Translations under genes and position numbers: made by a program
Shown here: positions 14,201 to 25,926 of the stretch, in pieces
Layout: the number at the start of each line of letters is the position of its first letter
Numbering within the stretch: position 1 is the stretch's first letter
DNA from: Vermamoeba vermiformis
Taxonomy: Eukaryota
Direction of reading: 5' to 3'
Assembly: GCA_045837725.1 (NCBI GenBank)
Contig: JBEWZL010000272.1
Span: 248,001-312,000, forward strand
DNA: 64,000 bases
The notes under the pieces: generated by a model
Databases searched by the model: none
What the model was told of the DNA's origin: nothing
The model's input: only the letters and a program-made list of their open reading frames with translations

Positions 14201-15887
14201 TAGCATATATGGATCTAAAAGAGCGAAAAGTTAAGGGGAAGGTACCTTGTGTTTATCGGATGCGTATTTTCTGGGATCACATCCACACCAGTAGTCAGCT
14301 GGACGTTCGTTCTCATCCTTAGTTTGAACATGGACTATGATACGTGTTAACAATATGTCAATATATCATATTATAACGAATGAGCTTACAGTCGCCATCG
14401 CACGGTTCATACGGAAGTTGGTTGCCCCAGCGGTACAAATACATTGCCATAAATCGGTCCGTAGGAATGAATCGAGCATTTTTAGCGTGTAATTCTCCGA
14501 AACGCATTTTTTTGGGGCCAAGGTTAACTAATGAAGAAAGAGTTAGTTAGGGCTTCAATCTCGTAATAAATTTTGCCATACCGTCGCTTAAAACATGAAT
14601 CTCATTAAATCTCTTGCTATCGTTCGTGCCTCCAATAATAATAATGTTTTCGCCTTTGGGATCCAAAGTAGCCTTTTTTTTTGTTAGTACCGTTCAGTAT
14701 TTGTAGTTAATTATTGAATAGAACTTACTGTATGACCCCAGCGCTGAGAAATATTCACACCCTAATGTATTAAATGGTATAAATACGATGTTCAGAAAAA
14801 GTTTGGGATCTTCGAGATCTGCTGATCTAAGCACTTACAGCAATACGAGCATAGTCAATAACGTTCCTATCAAGGTCGATTACGAAAGCAGGCTGGTTCA
14901 AGACACCTCCCATAACTAAAGCATATCGCTTCTTTTTCAACGGGACGAGTTCTCGGTTCTTCATGTCGATGCCTTCCAATGACTCGACCTCTTCAAAGTA
15001 CGTAAAAGTAGCTCCTGTGCCGAGCTTGAAAGCCTTATCAACTAAGTCGAAACAATATAATTTAGTACTAGCGGGCAGCTATAGTAAGGTACATACGTTG
15101 TGGGTGTTCCCAAACGATGCCTGCTGCAGGTTCCAAAGGCTGAACTTCGACGGGCACATCCGACCTCAACAAACTTTCGATACGTTGATTAAGCTAAATT
15201 AAAGGGTTAATACTTGATAATAAATGTATATATTTCTTGAAGGAAAGTACGGTTAAAGTAGAAATGTGAATCGAGGGCAATTTGAGGTTAGAAGTACATC
15301 CACAAAAATAAATTACCTCGCGTTGTTTTCGTTCTTCCATTTCTCGTTTTCGTTCTTCAATGCCGAATAAATCATCATCGTCATCGATCTTCTGGTTACC
15401 GCGCACTTTCTTAACTTCACCTTGAGATCCGGCAGTTTTCTCGGGTTCGTTAGTATTGCTTATTTGTGGAATTGATGATTGCTTGGCTTTCAGAGATTCT
15501 AAATATTCTTCATATGATTGTGCAGGTTGTGCAGGTTCTTCCTCCTCGTATTCCTCATCATAGTACTCCTCGTCGTAATCCTCTTCGTCATAATCGTCCT
15601 TAATTTTTAAAATTAACAATCATCAAGTAAATAATATAAAGGCACTTACATCAGCGGGATACAGATGAGAATAAGGCTGTAAGAATTATAAAATAAGAAA
15701 TAAATTAATTTATGAAATTCGGATCGCGTTACAGAGCAATATTTTAGCAAATTTGTGGCAGAAATATTTGGGCAAAGTTGTAGTATAAGACAATTCCGAT
15801 TAAGAATTTGGTTTAAATCACGGTGCTAAGGATCTCGATCGTCTGTTTGTCCTTGCAGTGAGAATCAATTAATCTTACCTTGCTCAT
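11221..15887 (-). CDS. Kelch-repeat plus tandem BTB/POZ protein (LZTR1-like CUL3 adaptor)
   Basis: Kelch motifs (SYHTTTNVGTRMIVFGG, PAPRHAHAAV, SYHSAHLVGSNIFIFGG); two BTB domains (YCDVTL...IDAHKIVLAARS; WFAHRCVIAARSSYFDNMF...ELMRYTYSD); BACK-like segment; 5' micro-exons MSK and PYSHLYPAD. Confidence 0.85.
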
Positions 15888-16302
15888 CTTTAGATGTGCT
15901 TGATTGTACTATTTTTAATAATGACTGTTGTTACAGCCAAAAAATGGTTTAATTACCGGTTAATTACCCACAAATTTGTGGAGACGATATCAATCTTGAC
16001 CATTTCGCTACTATCTTGAAAATATAGTAATAATTATGATAATAGACCAAGATGGACCACACGGCAATGCCTTTCGAAGCGGTATAAGTGAATTCAATTT
16101 GTTGGATGAATTAAAATCGGATGGATTACCATTATATATGTAGTTAGTATTACGCATTCGTTTATGCACCTCGTAGCTCTATTCTTTCGCAAGTTTTTCC
16201 GAATTCCCAACGCGCCTTCTTTTTACACGTGAACTCCGCTTTTTCTATTTTATTGTATTCACGCCGTTCACCTCCATCAATGAACTAGTATAAAATCACA
16301 TA

Positions 16303-19300
16303 ATGGAGGAAGAAGAATCGAAGATACAGTACTGCATGATTGCTTCGATCCACAATTATGTGATCGTGGAAGCGTATTCGGATCCAATACCAAGACCTAG
16401 TAATATTGGTTCCATTTGCGCACAAATTATTGAAAAATTAGAAGGAAATGAAATGAATCAGTCTTATTCCTTTGATAAGTAAGTAAAGTAGTTGGCGGGC
16501 TGGAAAGATCCAATACCAGCGTTAATTAACTTTAATTTGCAACTTTAATATTTACTAATTTTTATGCGTAGCTACAATAGCAATAATTAATCTAATTCAA
16601 AACGCCACCATAAATTATTTTCAATTTTCCCATTTATTTTCGTTGTGATTTCATTGGAGGGACATCACCATTTTACCCACAAATGGCAATAAAATAAATC
16701 CTTTTGCTCAAATATTACTGTTTATTCGTGAAATAATGTATAAAAGCTCTTTTGGATCCCTGAATCCGCAACGTAACTAATCCGATCCTTTTTAGTCATA
16801 ACTTCAATGTGACTTTTTCAAACGATGTGTTCTACGTCTGCGTGTGCAATGACACGTTCTCAACAAGAACGGCGTTTAAATTCCTCAACGCGTTGCAGAG
16901 TTTGTTCGAAAAGTCGCACGATCCACCAACTGAATTTGCGGTTCGAAAGAAACTGGTACGAAAATAATCACTACAATAAGATAGACCTAACATATTATTC
17001 CTTAGCTTTATTTTAATTCCCTACCAAAAGAAAAATTTGTCGAAAAAGAGATCGATCAGGTCAAAGAATTGCTGCAAAGTAACATTGGTAAGCTCCTGCG
17101 TAGAATAAATAGACTATAGACTAACAAAATTACATGAAGATCATTACGATGGCCATAACAGGGACTTGACGGGCTTCAGAAGCGTAAGTTCGATCCAAAT
17201 CCCTTTTGCCGCGATCTAACGGAAGTCTTTAGGCCATTAAGAACAATGTTATTCCTCTGAATACGAATATTACATTTGATTCGATATTTGGAGACTATAC
17301 GTTCGAATTTGGTAATCCTCTTGAAGCTAATAGAACGGCCATCAATACGTTTTACCCGATCTGTTCTTGGGCAGTCAGCAAGGATCCATTGAATAAGCTA
17401 GCGGAGTTATTTATGGTCATCAGATTGAAGACTTATCCTAGAAACGTTAAATCAAGCAATATTAAGGTACAACTTAGGTCTCGCGAGATCGTGTACTGAC
17501 TTTATTTCAAAGCTTGTAATCTGCTTGGATATATCAGGTTCAATGTTTTCGCCTTTCCAAGACGAGGTTAAGCCTAAATTAGACGTCGCCAAAGAATGCA
17601 TATTAGGAATTTTAAAGCAACTTAGTCCAAGTAAGATCCGTGTTCATTCGTTTATTTAGAATCTGGCTAATGATCGCAGATGATTATGTTGGCCTAGTAG
17701 TATTCAACGATAATGCGCGAGTCGTATTCTCGCTCGAACAAGTGGCTCAATTGTCGATGGAGAAAATCAAGTACGAACTCGATATTTTGTCTGCTAAAGG
17801 CGCCACAAATATGGTACGAGTATTTTAAGATCGTTATTTAGTAAATATCTAACGATGAGGTTCGTATTATAGGAGGCTGGATTGAAACTCGCTGCTCAAC
17901 AGTTTTCAAAGAAAACCCAAATTGGTAAGTTTTTCTTTTTAGTGCTAATAAATAGCCAAAATTTTTATTAATTGCATTTTTTCTTTACAGATTTTCCAAA
18001 GCGTATTATTTTCCTGACGGACGCAACACCAAGTGAATACGAAGCGATAAGATTAGAAGAACAAACGATTTTGAATACGAACAGGTACCACTTTGATAAC
18101 GCTATCATCCAGCATAGGATAGGGACCTGTTATTAACAGTTTTATCAGAAATATTGCTACTTCGTTCATTGGAATTGGAGTCGAGTTCCCGCCATACTTA
18201 ACTGAAATTTTGACCTCGTTCAAGTCAGCGAACTATCACAGCGTTGACTCAGCACAAAAGTTCTTGAATACACTAGATACAGGTATCATTGATATACGAT
18301 GACTTACTCGGCACAAATGACACGAGATCCGGATCTGATGTCAAATGTCGGATTGTCAGATCTTAACTTCTTATTGTTTATATCCATCTAATAGTGTTTA
18401 TTTGTAGGTTTTACATGCTTAGTAACACCAGTGGTGCACAATTTGAGTTTGGAAATTACTTCGAAAGACTTGGGCGTTGATTGGATCGACGGCCCGCCTT
18501 TGAATATTGGCACGTTATTTGCCGTAGAAAACGATAAGAGGTGAGGCTGGGAATTGCCTAAAAAGGAAATGACTAACTTGTATTCTATAGGTTGCCGAAC
18601 TTGATCCGGTTAAAAACAACCAAAGCCGCTTTAGCCAATCCGAACCAATTGAGCAACTCTGAAATACAAATCACAGCTACATATGAAGACATTAAGGGCA
18701 CTGCAGCACAACAGACATTTTTGATGAAATTTCCGTTGTTCGCTACAAACTCGTTGCAACAGAACCACGATATTTCCGGCATTTATCAGAGCCCTGTCGT
18801 TCGCAAAGTGATTTTATTGCGAAGATATTTGAATTTGATATCAAATTGGTGCCATGATATGACGTTTCCTGAACGGCCGATCCACAAGTTGAAAAATGGA
18901 TTGACTGTCGTAACATCACGATCCACGGAAGAACTTGTGGATATCGAAGAAGAGTCGACATTATCGAGTATTACCCAAAAAAGCAAATCTAAGAGGAAAG
19001 AAGTTGCAAAAATTTACAAAGAATATTTTGCCAAGTTTTTCGAGCACTTTGAATCAGAAGTGGATGAAATTGACGACGTGAATTTATTACAAGAATTGGA
19101 AGTCCTTCAAGCACTCTTGGAATTCGACGAGAATAGTATTGTGGTCACGGATCAGCCTATTTCAATAGACGATAAATATCGGGCCTACAGAACAGCATCT
19201 CCCAATCGAGATACATTGAGCGGCTCGTCGAGTGATTCGCTCATTCGTAGCAACAGCAGTTACAGTGGCAACGAAAAAAAGAAGAAAAAACAACGAAGAT

Positions 19301-19311
19301 GCTGTTGCTAG
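16303..19311 (+). CDS. Longin domain + truncated R-SNARE start + vWA domain protein with polybasic-CCC tail
   Basis: Longin: IQYCMIAS...SYSFDNHNFNV...VFYVCVCNDTFSTRTAFKFLNAL. SNARE start: KEIDQVKELLQSNID. vWA MIDAS: LDISGSM, GATNM, IIFLTDA. Ends KKKKKQRRCCC*. The junctions I checked stay in frame. Confidence 0.75.
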
Positions 19312-19676
19312 AATTAACCCAGTTCATTCACAAGACGATGCCGTTCATGAACGAAACCTTCAAAATTCCGAGTATTGACTTGTCGAAGTTGGAGCTCATC
19401 TATAGTAAGTGATACATATGAGCAGTAGATGTCTGCAGAACCCGCCAAGCGTCCTCTGGAGTTACAACTTTGGTCCAGGAAGAGCTTGAACGTCGATCTA
19501 AATTAGCGCTAGCCGAGATCCGGTGGATTCATAACAACCACGATACGTGAAACAGGTCGCTAAAGAACAAAATAAAGCAAAAGATTTGATCGGAATTTTC
19601 AATTTTCTTCGATCAGATCCGCAACTGATAGCACTTAACGATGAATTCTTATTATTATTCGATATAAAATCTAGGT

Positions 19677-20830
19677 TTATTTGATATTGGTTGTATGTTT
19701 TTGACGCAAACGCTTCAGTACTTCAATGCACCGCTTCATTGTCGGTCTGTTGACTGGATTTACTTGACAACAATCGTGCACGAGCCTTCTGAACTCACTA
19801 TCGCTAGTCATAGTAGCTGACGAATCAAGCATCCCATTGATTTTGCTATGAAGTTCAGTTGAGTCTCTGGTCGTTGGCAAGTTTTTGCTGCTCGTGGCCA
19901 TTACAAGCAACACAATTCCGAATCTAGAGAGGTTAGATTAATTAGAATAGCTTCCTATTAACCTTATTTACGTACGAATAAACATCTACGGATTCATTGT
20001 AGCCGTCACCGTCCACTAGCTCGGGTGCGAAGTAGCCTAATGTGCCACCTTGAAAAGTCTTGGCCACGGAGTTCTTGTTCAGATATCCCGCGGCACCAAA
20101 ATCACCGATCTTCGCTCGTGCTTTATTGTGATATAACTGCAGAAAGTACATTAGTAACTAATCATAGGGCAATTTATGACACGTGTCAGTGACCACCTTA
20201 CCAATATATTAGCGCACTTGAGATCACGATGAATGATCTTCGGAGTGAGATTGTGCAAGTAGTTCAAGCCCTTAGCGACATCCAGGGCCAGTTGGATGAC
20301 TTGGTGACGGTCTAACTTGACATGGTGTTTGAAAAGTAGGTCTTGCAGTGACCCGTGCTTCATGTACTCCATCACGAGCATGATCTCCGTTGTATCTGGC
20401 TTCATCGTCGTGCCCATCGATAGCACCACGTGCTTGTGATGGAGTCGCCTGCCAAACCAAAATGTCAAATCAAGTGTCAAAATGTCATTCACTCGTGTCA
20501 TTCGAGATCGACTTACATCACAGTGCGTGCCTCGTGAATCAAGATGTCAAGCTTTCCAGTCTCAATGTCTGCGACTTTGATGCCCTTGACAGCAACGTTC
20601 TGGCCGTGCCACTGCGCTTTGAACACTTCGCCATAGCCTCCTGCACCAATGCTCTCTCCGATCGTCAGTTCATAGTACGGGATATCGGTGTTATTGTTCC
20701 GCTTTAACTTTTCGTTTTCTTCTTTGAGTCGCTTGATTTCTTCGTGCAACCGCTTATTTTCGTATCTAAACAAGGCATTTTGTTGCTTTAGCTTTTCATA
20801 AGGCTCGTTGTTCTGGTTTACTTCTTCCAT
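19677..20830 (-). CDS. Tyrosine-kinase-like (TKL) protein kinase with N-terminal coiled coil
   Basis: GAGGYGEV, VAVK, HRDLKCANIL, GDFG, GTLGYFAPE, DVYSFG and RPTM across 4 exons. Confidence 0.93.
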
Positions 20831-21190
20831 TCTTTACTCGTAATATGTCCACTAACGCGTTAACTAGTTTGTCAGCGTTAATTTATTTACGAAAAAAAAT
20901 TAGAAAATAACAATAGCGCGCTTCCAGGATATCCAACCAGCAAAATAATATCCAATATTAATATTGAATAAATTTAAAATGGGCAACAATATTAGCTATC
21001 GTGTTGAAAATTACTAACCTGCTCGAGTAAAATAAATACCAATGTTTGAGGATAATCTGAATATTACTTAGGCTAATAATTCACTTGTCCTGGTCTGCCA
21101 TTCTGCACGTCGAACAAAACGAGAATTTCAGTTTGACGTGCTTGACGTTTTGATCTCGTTAGTGCCAATTTTCATTTTTGAATGCTGTAA

Positions 21191-24100
21191 ATGGAGAACA
21201 CGGCAGACATTGGTTCTTGGCCCACTGAGGTCCTTTTCTCATTTTTTAGATCGTTGGACCCGCTCTCATTACGTAAGAAAGGGATCAACCCTTCCCGCTC
21301 AATTTCAAATCTGCCTTATCAATAATTCATTTGCTCAAACGCATAGAGCCATCACCTTATTTACGGAATGAATATTTTAAATAATATTGTAATTTTGTAG
21401 ACCAGTTCAGCGGAGTTTGTAAACGATGGAGCCAGATGAGCCTAGATAACGAGCTCTGGCGCCAATTCTGCGCTGAACGGTGGCAAAATATTCCAAAGGA
21501 ATCGGATTGTGTAAAGAATTGGCTAATACCCGTGCGTGAAGGAGGTAACCATAACCTTGATCGAGCTCAAATTCTTCGTATTAATCCAGTTAAATAGTTG
21601 GCAATAAGGAAAATAGAATTGATTGGCGTAAAGTATATTTAATAAGGTAATATTAAACAGAGCCTATTGGTAGAGTTAATTTAATTAATCCAATTTTTTT
21701 GATCTGCGTAGAGATTTGGCCGATTCTGCTACACTTGCTATGGTTAGAACAATGCCTAAGCCCTCTAAAAAGAAAGGCAGACAAGTTAAAGGAGCTCGTC
21801 AATCAGCTACAAAAGATTTTTTTGAGAAGGGTTGGATCGAGCTTAAAGATCTCCCAGCCTTAGAAGAATTCTTTGCAAAAAATACTAGAAATATCAGCGA
21901 GCCAGAAGATTATCTAGACGAAATGCTGCAAATAATGAATTTTCACTTGGAGTTTGAGTTATTGATGCTGAAGCAAGTCAACATTTCTCGTATGAAGCAT
22001 CTGGGCGTTGCAGCAAAATTCTTAGAAGATCTTGCTGATTTTCTTAAATCATTACATGATTATGCACCATATCGGTACGTAACGGTTCGTTGATCCACAA
22101 TTAAAATTTTTAATATTTTTTTTTGTCGATCCAGATTCATCGCAGTGTTAAATCAATACTTCGATCTTGCCGTGCAAAAAGAAGTACCCCTTGAAACAGC
22201 TGCAAAGTTAGTTGCTGCAATGACTAGCGTTATGAGTGCAATTGCAGGGGATTACGAAGGCAATATGACTGATCTACTCGAGGAGCTTAAAGACTTTTTT
22301 ATGCTTATTGTCCGATTTATCAACGAATATCCTTACGGAGATGCCTATGTAAGTTCAATACTGCAATATTTCATCTTACGAGTGTATTTTTAACGCGGAT
22401 CTGACCTTCAGAATCAATGGATCAGCACTGATTTTGCAGAAGACGAAACATCGCCGACGCATGAATTCGAAGAAAGCCTTAATGTGCTAGCCGTTACTAT
22501 GAGTAAGTTAAAGTGACTTTAAGTCTTAAAAACTCAATGCTGGATCTACGAAGTCCGAGATCGTAAAAAAAAAAATTATTAATTTTATTTTGCAGAGGAC
22601 ATTGACAGGGTCGATGAACTTTGGCAGGTCATGATAGAAAGTTTAAGCAAACTTAATCCAAGCACATCGTTACGAGCGTTCAATACTGTCTTAGCCATCA
22701 ATGGAGCTGTTACCGAAAGCGTCAAAGAACCTGTGCTTGCAAATTTGGATCAATTTGCCGCCACGTAAGTCATTTTCGGTGAAATTCCGCTACTGAGGTC
22801 TAAAAAATTTCCTTTTTAGGTATGTGCTTCCGTTCTTCCGGGTCGACCAATCAACTCCGATTGAAAAACTCGTTCCGATTAATTATTACTTCGCAACAAC
22901 GTTCTCGAACTTAGGCGTAAGTATAATATAAATTTGATATATTGGGCAAATTAATATTAATTTTGTCGGTAGTCTGCAATGCAAGTTAAATTTATGCATC
23001 AATTGATGCCGGGAATCATTACAATGGCTAGCGTTAATCACCCAAGGCAAGTATAAGACTTATTAATATTTCGTATTACTAATTAAATTGCTATAGAGTT
23101 CAATATCATGTCGGTCAAGTACTCTTAGGCTTTTGCGAACATTTAGTGGACGGCGAAGAAGGGTTTGGACAGTACTTGCCAGAATTGCTGAACAAATTGT
23201 ACGCGACTGTTATGACTTCTACGAACCAACTAGCACGAGAAAAAACGATTTTTGCTATTAGTTCTATTGTCATCACTTGCCGTAATAATTTTGCTGAGGT
23301 AATGCTGGATCCACATCTGGTTCGGATCTAAAACTCAAATTTATTAACGTTACTTAATTTAATGATAGGTCCGTGAAAGCGTGATGACAACCTTCAAGAA
23401 TTTGCTGGCTATAGGCAACAAGAAAGATCGTGAAGCCGTTATTGAAGCGTTAAGTCGAATTGGCGCTGGTGTTGGAGACCAGAAAGAGAGCATTGCCGGT
23501 GACGTGGAATCGCTTTACGCACAAGTTGTTGAAGATTTTAAGAACGACAGACCCGCCCACGAAGAGCTTTTGATAAAGTTGACGGAGTTTGGTGTCACTA
23601 CATTGGGCAAAAAGTTCAGCAAGTACCTCCCTCTCGTGTTCCCAGTCATTCATCAACACGCCGTTTCCGAAGTTCTTAATATCCCTGAAGGCCTTATGGG
23701 TGCTGGAGAACCTCTTCATGAAAATAATAACGATGCCGAGAATAACAATGAAGACGATGAAAATGACAACGAAGATAACGACGGCGAGAATGACGGTACA
23801 AAAAAATTATTATTTTTTCCAGGTAATTCTTAATTAATATTTCTTTTATACCAGATGAACCTGAGGACGAAATTGATTGGGATAATCCGAACTTATCAGT
23901 CGATGAAAAGCAAGTCTCATTGAAAACATCTTGCGTTGCTGCGTTAGGAAATTTAGTCGAAGATCTGGATCGCGCCGAGCTGTTGCCTTACTACGAGCAG
24001 ATCCACGAAGCACTTCGATTAAACGTAGGAGGTCAAGGCACTCTTGGTAAGTACTGTCATCTACTTGCCATTACATACAAACCTGACCTGTTTCTAAAAT

Positions 24101-25597
24101 TAGACTTGATCCTAATCGCCTCGGAAATTTACGTTTCGTTCGTCGCGAAATTTTTCCCGCATGGCATGGAGCCTGAATGGGTGCAAAAGATGAAGCCGTT
24201 CTTTATGGACATTACTGAAGCATTTCTTGGTGCCATTGAAACCGAAGAACTTGATTCTAAAGAACGAGTGTTGACTTCTTTTAATACGGTAAGTTATCGT
24301 GACAAATTATTAAATGACACGTGTCACTTTCCTGCATGACAGGTGTCATTTTTTTTAACGCAACCGTTCGTCAATGACTAAGGTCAGGTGCGGGGAAGAT
24401 ACAATCAAGACCGTCGTTATTAATCGTCTTATCAATCTTCTAGATGTTGGAAATTTTGATCAAAAATAGTCCTGCCAATCAACCGTTCGTGGACGAAGAT
24501 ATCACAAATGAGCTATTGCAAGCATGTCTCGCATGTATGGAACAACTTTACATGCTCCAAGACCTCGATATTGAAGATATTCATGACTACGGATACGAGG
24601 TAAAGGTTCAATAGCGGCATAATAATGTCCTAATGTTTATTCTTAGTGTGTTAATCTATTCGAGATTTGCGCTAAAAACACGGCGAACAAAAAAGAATTC
24701 ATTTTACGGACGGGAAATTTCCTCAGTTTCGTGATGAATCAGTGCACACAACAAGGTCCTAGTGTCAGTCGATGGGCTGATTTGTGCATTCTGACTACGA
24801 CCTTTGAATATTACGGGGAATATTTTGCTCAATACGGCATGGTAAGTGCTTATATGCAGTACGGCAGTTCGGACCGGATCCAAAAATTTTAACGATGTTA
24901 CTTTAGGGCGGTATTTTAGCCTTCTTATGGAGCTGCCGTAATGTCGATTCAAAGTATACTCAACAAGCAATCGCATATTATTTGTGTAAGTCACCACCAG
25001 AATGTCGGTCTTAAAACGTGACATTTTTGACACTTTGACACTTATAGCTGTCTATGCACGAAAGTACTCGAAAATGCTACCGCCTGACTTGCAGCGTAAG
25101 CTCATCATATTATATTACCATAAAAGGCAATTACTAAACTTACGAACAATTGCAGCAATTTTCGATTGGCTTAACACCCTGTTAATTGAAGAGTACCACC
25201 GCGACAGACCTTACGTCTACGACAATGCACTACGTATGCAATCGATAGTACTCGGCACCTATTATCTTACTAACTTATTATCAAAGTTGCATATGGCTAC
25301 TTAGTCGAGCGCACAACCCAAAAAGAGCTCTTCATGCAACGCATGCGAAACTACATTGCGTTGTTCCCGCCAACAGCAGATGGTGACACAGACGAAGGCA
25401 ACAAATGTTTGGAGACATTAGCGCGGTTATTGACTTCACCATTCGTCAGTGAATTGCTAGTAGGGGACAAAGACTTGATGGCACTGTTGCTCAAAAATGT
25501 GAAAGCGACACTAGCGCTCGGAGTCTACAACACTGAAATGAATCGCGGATTTTTAGATCCGATTATTGCGCTCCTCGAGGGCTATTTGGGCAAGTAA
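21191..25597 (+). CDS. F-box protein fused to importin-beta (importin-4/5-like) HEAT repeats
   Basis: F-box: WPTEVLFSFFRSLDPLSL/HQFSGVCKRWSQMSLDNELWRQFC. HEAT segments resembling importin-5/Pse1: HPRVQYHVGQVLLGFCE, QYLPELLNKL...LAREKTIFAISSI, TLGKKFSKYLPLVFPVI, an acidic loop, LKTSCVAALGNL. Confidence 0.75.
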
Positions 25598-25926
25598 TAA
25601 TAAACAACATATGTGATTCGTTGTCAAGTTACGATCTCCATTAGACGGCTGACCCAAAACCCTGAATAGCTTCCACCAGATATCGCACAAAGCTACTACA
25701 TTGAAAGCTTCCACGTCTTACTAACGCTTGACTTACCACATTGCACCGCCGTCCTTTCATTGGATCCAATTACGTTTCACAAAATTAAACTGCGGAGATT
25801 TCTACAGCGAGTAATACCAACAACAAAAAGAAATCAAGAAATAAAACAATCCATTTCATACAAAGTTAGCCACAACCAATCTCCCGACCGCAATTCTTTC
25901 TTCCTCAATTCCCGCAAAAGCAGCCA

